64,000 nt of DNA from Tubiluchus corallicola (Eukaryota; Animalia; Priapulida). This document shows, in pieces, positions 1-12,700 of the stretch. Under the pieces are notes generated by a model, which was given only the letters and a program-made list of their open reading frames with translations, made no database searches and was not told the origin of the DNA. The position numbers and the translations under genes are program-made. The stretch covers positions 248,001 through 312,000 of the forward strand of contig JAQGDQ010000002.1 of assembly GCA_030141605.1 (NCBI GenBank). The letters run 5' to 3'. Each line of letters begins with the position of its first letter. The stretch's first letter is position 1.

Positions 1-54
1 ATACGATCTCATTACATGTATGTGGAAAGATCATGTTTTGTCAATATCTTCGGA

Positions 55-105
55 TTAGGGTTAGGGTTAGAGTTAAGGTCACGGTTAGGTTTAGAGTTAG
101 GGTTA
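55..105 (+). repeat. Degenerate (TTAGGG)n interstitial telomere-like repeat
   Basis: ttagggttagggttagagttaaggtcacggttaggtttagagttagggtta: about 8 hexamer units, several degenerate. Confidence 0.6.
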
Positions 106-1860
106 TTTCTATTTTTCTTCTGACTTGTTGTGATTTTCTTTCTGTGACCTTGTAAGACGCCATGTTAGAGATTTTAAAACTACAAATCATTCACAAGTTA
201 ATCGTTATTAAGTCTTATAACCTCAGTTTGACCAGTAATAACTATAGATCTACTTACATTAACTTGTGCTCAATAATATAACACCGGAGACAGCAATATC
301 CGACATTTCTAACATGAAACTATTAAGAACTTTTTGACATCTAAGAAGGAAGACAGTCAAGACACCCCTACTCGAACCATGTCTCAAGTCGCCCAGACAA
401 ATGACCGCTGTAAAAATGTGTTCCGGAGTCACACATGTATATGCATGGCTTCCGGTTCATCCATTTTTGAACAACAGTCAGTTAGCCAGTCAGTCAGTAC
501 TCAGTCAGTTAGTTAGTTAATCATACATTCGATTAACTTTGGTTTTCAGTCAGCATGTGTAATGCTTGTGTAAGTAAGGAAAGCAGTTAGTCAATTTGTG
601 GGTGACTTGAATCGAGCAGGCTGAGAAGTTGAGTTAACACAATTAAAATGAGCTAAGCAGAGTTGAGTGTTCTTGTGGTTGCTGATTACTGGTTTAAATT
701 CTACTTGTTGATGGTACTGCCACTCTTCTTTACATGATGCGTTTTAATTACATTGCCTTTTTAGTAATAAATAAAACGCTGAATGGCTTTTATAGTCTCA
801 CGCGAGATTATTTATTTTTTCAACAGCATTTTGCCCTAGCCGGCCTCACCAGCTGAAAACTAAAATGTTGAGGCAGCATGTACAAGTGTGCAAAGAAAGA
901 TTAAAAGCAAAAAACACTAGCTAAACATCATTGGTTATAAAAAATAATTAGTTGAATACAGTTACTAGCCCTATACAACCGATGTTGCCACAATAAACGA
1001 TTAACTGAAGAAAGTAAAGTGAATTAATTGACATACCTGACTAGACTTGTATTGCCAACCTAACATTAATGTTTACAAAACTTAGAGGTTTCTAAACAAT
1101 GAGCAAGTATAAGTGCGTGCAGTGTATTAATGTGAACGTGAGAAGTATATAAAATTGAATTGTTTGTGGTGGGTTACACGAAGTAAATTACAGTTAAATT
1201 TAAAAGTCAATGGAAAATCAACTAAAATTGCAAAAGTAGAGGAAGTAAAGATTATAACACTAAATTCGAGTATTGGTATTGAGTTAAGATGCTAAATGAA
1301 CCCAGAAACCAAAGGAGGAACACAGAAGGATGAAAAACAAAAAATATTGATAAAAACCAAACACATAATGAGCAAAATCAATTTAACAGCCGCCATGTTT
1401 CGTGCAGGTTAACTTTTGATTTCAGTTCTGATAACAGATCGTTTGGTTTGACCCACATGTACTTCGTGGTAAATATTACAATTAATATATTACAATATTA
1501 CGTTGTCGATGTGGTTTACAAACTAGATTGTAAGATAACAAAGTGAGGCTGTAAAACATCGATGTGAGATTGTAAGAGTATTTGAACTTACATAGCTAAA
1601 ATGAAACGTGCCATAAATACAATAATTATTCTTACCTACAATTAGACAATAATCAATTTGTAAAACTACAATAGTCACATAGGACTATAAAAAATACTAA
1701 AATACGGAAACAGACTTCACATTATCAAAATGTACAGTTTCACGCAAGATTGTTAGTTTTCATTAGTTAAACACGCAGTGATAATATTGTTATTGGTAGA
1801 AGAACTCGACCCCAATTCGCTATTCATCTGGTTGTTGTTGTTATTGTTACTAACAAAATT

Positions 1861-2405
1861 AAGAGAAATGGATCTCATACTAAATAAAGATAAAACAGAA
1901 GAATATCACATAAAAAGGAATGGAGATGATGCGTGGAGGAAATGCTAACACTTAGGCAGTCTTCTAGCAACAGATGAAGATATATAAAGAAGAAAGATCG
2001 TAGCACTAGCTGTATATTCTAAATTAAAAAAAATTGAAAGTAAGAGGATATGTTTAGAATACAAAATTAAGAATCTTTGCTGCACTTGTGGAAATTGTGT
2101 TTCTCTATAACTCAGAATTATGGACAATTAAAGCACAACACGAATCAGAAATTGATGCATTTCAAAGAAGAAACTACAGGAATATTCTAGGAATAAAATG
2201 GCTTTAGAAAATATCAAACCAGGATCTGTATAATAAGGAGGACAGCTGCTGACTTACATCAATTTCGTCCAAAAAAGATCTTATCAACACGTCATAGATA
2301 TCAAAAATACAGAGACATGGAAGGTTGCGGGTGACAGGGCAGCATGGAGTAAAGTGATCAGGAGGGTCATGTCAAACGACGTGTGACTCCAGAGATGATG
2401 ATGAT
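1861..2405 (+). mobile_element. Decayed 3' part of an RTE-like non-LTR retrotransposon
   Basis: Broken frames translate to HLGSLLATDEDI, EIDAFQRRNYRNILGIKWL*KISNQDLY and DRAAWSKVIRRV, typical of the RTE C-terminal region. Ends in a short (GAT)n tail near 2394-2405. Confidence 0.6.
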
Positions 2406-3384
2406 AAGGGATGATCTTGAAAAAAAAATTGCGTGAATTCGCAACGGATCATCATGAAACTTTATAGGAATATACTAGAATGAATTCCGCGTCAAATGAC
2501 AGTGTCAGATTTTTGACCTGCCATTTTGAATTAAAGAAGGCAGCAATAACATCATTTTCGAAAAAAGCCTAAGGTTCCACCAATTGGCAATGGGTCATAT
2601 CGTTTATCTTGTTTGAGCCAAACTGTATTATTGTGATATGCGAGTTTCATTAGTTGAATCATGTGATATGAGCAAGAACATGATGTTTGTACGAAATTTG
2701 TTCATTTTTCATAACTTTTCTATGACCTATGTAATATTGCCTAATTGTAGATAAGAGAGAATAAAGCATACAGCTCGTTTTATGTGTTTTGGTTATAATC
2801 AATTGACGTACTTTATATGTGATGCAATCTCGTATTGGTGTATTTTTTATATTAATATCAGCTAATAATTTCATTCGTAATAGTAGTAAATCATTTTGCA
2901 TGTTTCAATGTTTATTTTCTTCACGTGATCAATGTTTACAATTAAACCGCAACGTTGTCAATAAAGCTAGCAATGTTCTTCATTACTTTGTTCCCCGTTG
3001 TAATTTTCGTAGTCTGACAGACCGTCGTTAAAAATAAGAACAGTGTATTTTTTCTGCTTTAATAAAGTGATCACTAAATTTAAACAGATTTATTTATGTT
3101 GGTCTAAGACAGTAAGACTCTAATTTAAGTAGGTATTGTTTCGTAGTAACTGTTATGTAGTATAAAGTTTTCAAGTCATGTTACTTTTAGGTTTGCATCA
3201 CAATCCTTCTAGATTACTTTTAATTGCCAGGAAAAGTAAATTCCGTTATTAATGACCATGAGACGAACCAGGTATTTGGATTATGAAGACAATAATGAAT
3301 TAACGTTTGCAGCTAGCTGATTTTCTCTGATTATTTCCCACAAAGCAGCAGCAGGAATCAAGATTACGGAGTCTTATTAGCGGG

Positions 3385-3520
3385 CGTTGCTACGGCAGGA
3401 TGTCACGTGACTGGCGCAGGAAGCCAGCGTTAACCAAAGCACGTATAGCACGCGTAAAGCATTATTATTGTAGAATAGAATGCAACGTTAGAACCGGGAA
3501 GACGCTATGGTTACGTCAAG
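3385..3520 (+). promoter_or_regulatory. Candidate promoter elements of the RERG-like gene
   Basis: CpG-rich patch 230-370 bp upstream of ATG 3754. Contains palindrome GTCACGTGAC (3402-3411; USF/MITF-TFE E-box), a degenerate RFX X-box GTTGCTACGGCAGG (3386-3399) and TTACGTCA (3511-3518; CRE-like). Motif match only. Confidence 0.35.
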
Positions 3521-3753
3521 AAGAAGGTGCACATTTCACTGTAAGTATTGATGGCTTATACATCTTTGCGTACAAAGAAGAAAATGGCTTAGATCGGCTG
3601 GCAGCATAATATTACCGAGAAAGTTACGCTTTCCAGCAAAATACATTAGTGGCTTTCTGACAAATTGTCTTGTCGAAAAGGTTTTGATGAGATTTCCCAA
3701 AACGACCAATTTTAATCTTTAATAGAAAAACTGCGTTTTTTATTAGTTTGACC

Positions 3754-6700
3754 ATGGACCGTCAAAAGAGAGAGGACAGAAAACAGTCCAGACCTGTGAT
3801 GTCACGCCAAGATGCTGTTTCCAGTTTGCTGAGAAGGTTCCCGTCTAGTGGAAGCAGAACGGAGAAATGTCGAACTTTAAGAGTCCTCCTTACTGGCCAG
3901 CCAGGCGTCGGCAAAACTGGTAAGTGAAATAATTACTGGACCCGATTTTTGCTAACCTTCTTTCCAGGCTTTTCAAAGTTTTTCCTTGCGCCACCTTTTT
4001 GTTAACTTGGCGCGTGTGGCACAGTGGATATAGCAGTAAGCATTAATACTTCATTTCATAGGTTGCTCATTGATGTCTGTGTTTGACTGATTTTGAGAAT
4101 TCTTGTGAACACAACACGTTGCAAGAGTAGAATCCTGTTCCTCTAACAGGGTACTGTGAGTGCTGGTGCTGGACAAACTAAAAATTGCTCTATAGTTAGG
4201 TACAAAAGTCAAAGGCTAAAGAATTTCGACTTACGTAATCATTGAATAAAAAAAGTTCCACCATCTTGGGACTGAGATTTCTTGGGTACATTTTCCCAAG
4301 TTGAAAATAAAATTAAAATATGCACTTGTTGCCATCTGTGGCGTTTTGACAGGAAATGAACCTTGAATCGACTCTGGTGAAATTCTTTACAGCCGACCGA
4401 AAACAAAATCATGTAAAACAAAGTTGCTCATAACTTACCTTACCTTCGTATAATCATCTTCTTGATTTTATAGTGACGCTAACTTGGTATATCTAGGATA
4501 TCAAATCAATTGTTTATTAAACAAATTTTTGTGGCATATACTTATCTACAGCGCTATATATTCTCTCTTTTGCTTCCTGTTTCTTTCTCTACCTCTGTCT
4601 TTATTCCTCTTTCTCTACGTTTTCGATTTTTTTCTTTCTCTATGATTGTTTTCTTTACCTTTCTACTTTTTCTCGATTGAATATCGTTCTTCTTTTATCG
4701 TATCTCTCTCGTACTGATTTTTCTCTTTTCGCAAAACTTCTCTTACAATTTCCATTACTCAAACACATTTTGGATGAAAACTTGCAATATCTTTTCTTCC
4801 TTGGTTTGTGCGTTTATTAACCATGATAACCGGGAAGTTTTTATTTATCTAAATTGTAGTTACGCCAGTTAAGCGAATACAGCTTAACTTCTTATTGTTA
4901 GGCAACTGTGCCTCATATTCAAGTGACGTATACCACACTCATTTGCAAGTTTATTGAGGAGCAGTTAGTTATAAGATTAACGAGCATTCTGCTGTTCTGC
5001 AGTGTAAGAAATGAGACAGTGAGAATGCAGACTTAATTAAGTTTTCCATTAACTGGGTAATTGTAATGCTGATGTTGTAGAACACTGCGTGGCATGTTTG
5101 CGCTTGCTCGACATCCCGTGCACCGCCTCACCTTGTACCGCCCAGCCGTGTACGGCCTAGCGGTTTATCGCAGTGCCATGTGGCACCTCATTGTGTACTG
5201 CATTGCCATGTACGTGGCGCCGCAGTACACTGAAATGTCGAGCAAGCGCGAACGTATCACGTAGTACACATTTATCATTCACGTTTTTGTGTCTCCGAAA
5301 ATGGTGATATTCGCGAGATTTTGATTCGTATTCGATATTATCCAGTAGTTACAAAAATTTGATATTCGCAAATATTCGCTGCCCGGTTTTCGTAATGTGC
5401 AATTGAAAACGGGTTTCGAATAATTTAACAGCTGAAAATAACTAATTTAAATATTACCAAAAAACTTAGAGATTGTTTAACCTATGTCTGTGTTTTCAAG
5501 ACGAAAATTTTACACATATCTTTCTTCGTTTGTATGTGGCAATACGGTGCATCTTCGGGCTACGTCCTTTAAGAGGATTGATTAAAAGAAAACGCTAAAG
5601 TTTGCAAACATTTACTTTGTTTTTACCAATTTTTCATTATACGAACTGATCCGCATACTCCATCCGAATTTAGCTAACCCATCCGGTTATAATCCGAAAG
5701 TCAATTTGAGGAAATATTCGCTGATATCCGATATTCGCTATCCGGCAAAAAGTGCATCCGGGGCAATACTAATTTGCACTATATTGTCTGCGTGTATTGA
5801 GATAAACTTATATATACATACTGCATCATGCAAGCGTTTTTGGATAATATTGTTAACTCAGACCTTGGTGTTAAACCAATTAAATTTTACTTATTTCGAA
5901 GTCAGATTTGGGTACTGAAATATATCCAATTTTAGTCATTTCTAAGTGGGCTTGGGTACTGAAACCTATTTCCAAGCCAGACTCGAATGTTAGAACTTAT
6001 TTAGTATTACAGTGTTTAACCCCTTATACGTCCACATCAATTTAAAGAACTTATTATTTAGTTCCCTTTTCACCATGCAAATTTAGTTGAATGCAGGTAT
6101 GCGTAAGGCATACGTGGCATTTCAGTACTTCTGCAGGCAGTTATAACTGGCCAGCTTACAGCTAACCGTTGACCGCTGTAGCACTGGCACCTTAGTTGCA
6201 GTCAATGCCACCACGAATTTTTTTCTAGCCCATTTTAATGCATTTTGTCTGTTCTTGTTAAGCTCCCACGGATAAATCAATTTCTTCTGTATACGTGAAA
6301 TTTAACTTTTTTAACGATCAATAAACTTAATTGAATAAATACACGAGTACGAGTCCTGTACAAAGCACATAGTTCTGCTTCTAAAAAAATCAATATTTTC
6401 CTGAAACAACGCAATCCACTTAACCGTCGCACATTTTCAAGCAATTCTACAACCTGCAAAGTACAATAATTAAATCGCCCTGCTTGTAGCAAAACTAATT
6501 TACTCTTTACCGAGATTTACTCGTGAAAAAATGAGAAAGCTCGTGACAAAAGTTTAACATGCAGACAGTATGATGAAGTAAAAAAAGCTGTGTTAATACT
6601 GTTGGATGGGCTATGTTGGAACGGTTTGTTTACTAAATAATCGTAACATAATGTGTATGTATGTATACATTGAACTGGCAGAGGTGTCCTAGCCGCATTT

Positions 6701-9700
6701 GGATGTGTGTTTATTTTCTCGAAGTAAACAGCCAGGGGCAGGATGGCAAATGAAACCTTTTTCTTGGCACCATCCATTTACTGACCATGTCTGACGTTGC
6801 CAATTTCTGTCTACGCCATTCTTTTTGCCTCGTTTTCTTTGTAGATCTAGTTAACCATATAAAAAGATGTTTTAAACTTTGCTTTATTTTTTAAGCATAG
6901 TAGTTACTGGCTGCCGAAGCTGTCTGTGGTTTTGCCACAAACCAATATCATTCAAGACGTTAGGGGCATAGATGAATATTTTCCTTCTCCTGAAAATTGG
7001 GATAATATACAAGCTGTAAAACAGTAATTATTAAAAATGTGCGGCTTCCCAACTACCAATGGCAATGTTGAAACTACCTCCAAGGCAGTAACTGTTCATT
7101 CCCTTTTCTTTCAAATTTTTCTGCAGTTTTTCCCGATTTTCTCCGTAGGCCGCTGTGCAAATTATGCAGTATCTAACTGTGCATGAGTGAGTTAGATACT
7201 CATGCTGCTTAATCATGGCTGCTTAATGAACCGGTGTACATAGAACTTTGCAAGAATTTCTGATACATTCGTGAGAATAGACAACGTCTGTAGGTATAAA
7301 ATGTGTTTATTTTACAAAAAATGCACGTGCAATGTTACCTTATAAGAATCAAAAGTTGACATTGCTGCCAAGAATTCAAAATTGAGTATAAGACATATAT
7401 ATAAAATGTTTTACATTTCGCAAGATATTAGGCATACATAATCATATTTAGTTCTGCGTTGAAAAGTAGTTTGACAAACTTTCCTTGACCTTCGAGAAAA
7501 ATATTAGACATTTATTTTTATTTAGGCTGTTTATTGAGTCTATTATATTTATAATGTTGCAATTTATTAGCGTACATTAACAAACTCCACGTATAACTTA
7601 AAGTATTACTGGCTTTGCTCTGAAGAACTTGCGTATCAATCCAGAAATCAACTTTTGAGAAGAGAATCCGTTCAGACACGCATAATTTCAGAATAACTGA
7701 GCTAACACTGATAGAGGCTGCCTTAATTAACATTGCCTGGCTTAATGCACAGGTCAAATATGTAGAAAGCAGTGGCAAGCAAATAAGAAACTAAATGAAA
7801 TCTATGGAAAGCGGTAATAGTAAGAGCGAGAAATATGCGGATTGCAAGGTGTTGTAGTGAATGGTTCTGATTGGGGTTTCCGACGGAAAAGGAATTTAAA
7901 GGGAAATAATTTTTAATAGTTTCCTTTCTTGATTCTCCAGTAAAATAAAAAAATAAAAATTGCGCGAATGATACACCTTTTGTGCATAGGTTTCATCAAG
8001 ACCAAAGCGCTACATAACAGAGTAACAGGCTGTCCATGGGTGGCCTGCTATGAGCCGTGGCCTCTTACTGCATTATTTTTATTTAATAACAGTGATCATT
8101 TTCACATAATTGTTTTTATTCTACTGATTATACAATGTATTTCAAACAATACATTATTCAATGCCACTCAATGTGATTATGATACGTGTTAAATGAATAA
8201 ATTATTTTGAAATTTGCAATTTTTTAAATACATAATTACATAAGAGAGTGACAGTCAAGACCAGGCTACCCTTAACTGCATAGAGAGTGACAGTTAGCAC
8301 CAGGCCATCATAAGAGAGTGATATAGTACAAATACTATACCCGCTGGCGAAGGAATATTATAATTTTTTTCGACTTCCTACAAGTGCTAATTGTACGTCA
8401 TTAAAATTTATCTTTGATTTTGAGCTTTTTGCTTCGTAGCAAGCCAATTGAACCGTACTGACTGAGGTCATATTGACGAAATTTGGTGCTACAGTGAGTA
8501 TTCTTCTGCAGCGTACTGGACTTGTACGCCTATGCTTGTGGTGAAGTAAAACTCATTATATCCCAATATATAGCCCCTGTATTTTCCCGAAAATACGCCA
8601 TTTTGATTATGATCCGTTTTCCACGCATAAAAAGTTCAATTTCTTTCACAAAAAGGCAAAGGAATTATGAAATCTGACATTCTCTTTTTCTTTGTTTTAC
8701 AATATTTTCGCGGTTAGAATTCTTTCACCTTAACAATAGTTGTCAGTTTTTTTGCAATGGCTGCCACATTTAGGTGCATGAGAAACGGCTCGTGTGTTTC
8801 ATACAATATTAAGAAGAATATTATCTTGGCTAATTTTAGAATGAGAGTTCATTTGTGGGAGGAATTTGAAAGAATCGAAATACTGCGGGTGGGCTAACAT
8901 GCAATGTCATTTTAGAAAAGGGCTTTAAAATATTAAAGTTATAAGGCCTGTTGATTATTGAATATTATATTTGTAGTATCTGTTTTTCTATTGCCGCAAC
9001 TGTGCAGTGAAATTAATGATTAATCATTGAATTTTTATGGCTATTAATAAGATTATATTTTTTTAAATTCCTGAACACTGATACCTTTTTAAACACATAC
9101 GTCCGTTGAAAGAATTTTACCCTTTTTGTAGTTCACTTCAATTTTAATGTATATGAGGAAATAATTTTCAGTGGCGGGAATTGAAACAATTCATGAAATC
9201 GCGCGATAAAGAATAAAAAGTACAATTTCATTATTTACAAAATACTTTTTTTCAAATAATTTTCTTACTAATACACGCATATGTTGCCAATATGGTACGA
9301 CGTGTTGGCACCACGTAACCTGAATATAGGTAAAAATGGCACGGAAAAATTGGCACAAATGGAAAAGCAAGAAAAAATAGCTCATATGAAATTTAATAAT
9401 TTCTATAATAAACTAGAATGCGCTCAGGAGGAATCAGGTGATCGATGATCAGACTATTGTTCGTCTGATTCTTTTGATTGAAAAACATAAAACAAGGATA
9501 AACAAACAAACATGCAAAAATATACCTGTATAAGTTGTACGGACTAGCAAAAGACTCACAAAACATTTTTTTAATTAGAATTATAATCAATGATGCACGG
9601 ACATTCCATACTTGTCTAAATTTCTTCAACCGTTTTGCAAATATATATATACACTAACTCAGTTTATAAGGTTATATACATTTATAAGCAAAGGTTATAG

Positions 9701-12700
9701 ACAGCGTTACACAGTTTTCCCAGCGAGAGTTTCTGGAAATGGAACCTGGAACTCGTATTGTTTGTCATGGTAGAGATAATAAAAAGGAAGTACCCTATCT
9801 TGTAGCCAATTCCTCCTCTTTCCAAGGAGCTATAACATTGCTTCTGAGACCTCCACGAAGCGTGGCACGAATGTTTTTTGTATGCGGTGTTTGATCAAGT
9901 TTTATGAAAAAAATGGATGAAAAACCGCCATTTTGTCAGTTTTTATCCCCTCCCCCTGTTCAAGAATCTATGTCAAAATGCGTCTTTTTTGCCTCCTACC
10001 CATCTTCGCCATAGTTTCATTAAAAGTAGTTTTGCGTAATACGCGTGGTGCTATATAACAGACAAAAACAACCAAACAAACTAACAACGTTGAAGCGTAA
10101 CTTCCTTGGCAGAGGTAAAACTAGCTAAAATAATTATCCCCAAGAGTAACACTAAGGCTAAACTCGCATTTTATAAGTGTGCCATTTTTTCTTATTTGTG
10201 TTCTTTTTTCCAGTGCTATTTTACCGTGCACCGTTAGCACCATCTAACATAATAAAATAACCACAGCAACTCAGACAACAACAACACGAGATTACAGCTA
10301 AATAATAAACACTCTAATCTATTAATTAAAAATACAAATACATGTGAAAAGAACAGGCTTTTGTCTAAATTACTATGCAGACTAGTTGATACGTATTCAA
10401 GCAGCGGCTTTCCCCTGCGTGTTGTGCCCGATGTCACTTCACCCCAGCAGCTTCCTACACTAGATATGAACCATCCAACTACTAGAAATAATGTTCCACC
10501 AACAGCAACACTCTTGTGCTGCAGTAGCTTCAGTAACAATCACCCATCTGGAATGTATCAGTGCTTCATAAGCCACCCTTTCACACCATCAAATTCAGAA
10601 CACCAGTTACAATAACAAGTGAGTTGCTTCAGAAGGGAAATAGTTGTCAGCACGGAGTTATAGCTACAAGCAGATTTAAGAAAATTACAAATATGTAACA
10701 CCCAGAGCATGCGCAGAAAGTTTCTTAAGATGTATTTAGCAAAACTGGTAAACATCTTTTGTTTGAATTCTATTGTTCTCTAATTAATAACTCATGACAT
10801 GACGCAGAGCAGAAGGTAAACAACTTGGTTATACAGTAATGATAATGAAAGTGCCATTTCATTAATAATAACTACATCAATACAGTACGAAACATTAATA
10901 CAGAACATTAATCTTTAATTCGCATTCACAACAGAAGGGTGTCACTACTGTCACACCATTGGACAGGGTAGGGAAAACTGAGTTATTCAGCAATAAAATT
11001 CTAATTGATCAATAATAAACAAACAAAAGTCAAAGAAAACATCGCAAAATTTCAAGTGCTACTCGTATACGGAGTTGCATCGTAAGAGCCTAACCATCTA
11101 ATTTATGTAAGAGTTAACAAACAATATTATAGTGTTAAGAAAATATTTCTATAGAAATGATAAGATTTGAAACTGCTTTTCATCAGATAGTCATTTTTTT
11201 ATTTCACTGTTGGCATTGTGAATAAACCTTTGTTAATTGGATTTTTAACTTAATATCACCTAATATTGTTATTTTAAATAATTAATTTGATTTGACAAAT
11301 AATTACAATTAGCTGATATTTATAATTGTAAGTAATCCGCGCGTGACACTGTTATGCCACCTGAATGACACTTATAAACTTGTACAAAATGTAAGGCCAA
11401 TTGATCCAAGGTACTATTGTCAGAAAGCTCCGTAACCGGCAGAACATGCTGCTACTTGGTGAATACACCTAAGAACGCTCCCAATACATTGCATTTTATA
11501 CCACAGCTTGCAAAAGGGTTGTCTACATGATTAAAGTGTTCCGCCTGATTGCCGGCGAATCCACTCAGACTGAAAGGAAGCTGCATCAAATAAAAAAGCC
11601 ACTTTAATCACTTTTAAGTGCAAAGGCATAGCATGCGGTTTTACAAATAAAAGCACCTTGCCTGTAGTCTCATTCCACAAAATCCCAGGCAATTTTATAA
11701 ATTGCGCTACAAAACCGCGACGATTTGCTTTCTGATTTCAAAAATTGTGCCTTCTCGGTTTCCGCCAGTTTTTATACACTGTTCCATATTGTCATTTTAT
11801 TGCATGTCTACGTGGTCAGCCAGTAAAGGCAGTACTTTAATAACATGGTTTCATGGTTTAATTCTTTAACTTGATTCATGACAGACTTATACATTATAAA
11901 AAAGCTGCATTGTTGAACACTGGGTAAACTGTGCGGACTTCTAGGATAAACTGGTAGTGACTTATTTATATAGCTGTCATATTTTAGCACAAAACGCCAC
12001 CGTTTTCAAATTCAAACTTCTATCACTATTAATGCATTTGACGTTAATTGTGGTTTTTAAACTTGAAATTCTTATAAACACTTCAATTATTATTACAGTA
12101 TTTGATATTCCTGCCAACTGCAAGTAACCTCCTATAAGAAATTAGTTTATTAGTTTCTCGATGCTAATCACATTTACTTCTCCTTTATATATAAAAAAGA
12201 AAAACTTAAAAGACAAAAAGTGTGTACCCATCTATAATCAGTACTATGGCACTAATCTAGAATTCTGAGCATTCTTTTCTGCATTCCAGTCCATTCCAGT
12301 AACTGCGCGTGCAGACTAGTGAGTTTTTTGTCGGCAGTGTGAACTGCTTTACGAGTTACTGTCAGCAAGAAATTGCAAACTCTCCGACAGTTGTTGAGAG
12401 TTGATTAACTGTCTAGTGTCATAACCGCCTTGGCGAGTTACTCGCGAGATTTCTCACAGTGAATATATATATAATAGAAGTGAGTGTCAGCACGCGCTTG
12501 CTGTCGGAGAGAGTAACTCGCAGCAAATTTTGCTCTCTAGTATGAACACGCTTGCGAGTTACTTGACGGGTTTATTTCAACCTCGCTGGTCTGAGTTCAC
12601 CGTAATAATACTTAGTATGGCATAATTCTGATTTCCTAAAATGTAAGTTATGAGAAATAAGAACCGTATCTCAAGTGACTATGCTGAATCCATAAAAACA

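Noticed and set aside
55-105. True telomere
   Set aside because: Short, degenerate and flanked by ordinary sequence; more likely part of an interspersed repeat.
8239-8325. CRISPR-like direct repeats ATA(A)GAGAGTGA x3
   Set aside because: Only three short, irregularly spaced units with related spacers, no cas genes, and a eukaryotic context.
10234-10755. Nested gene suggested by overlapping ORFs on both strands
   Set aside because: No recognisable domain and no consistent splice structure; a THAP-like reading was too weak to call.
11400-11830. Second Harbinger transposase remnant (minus strand, LLQAVV-like patch)
   Set aside because: Only scattered residues across frameshifts; needs an HMM search.
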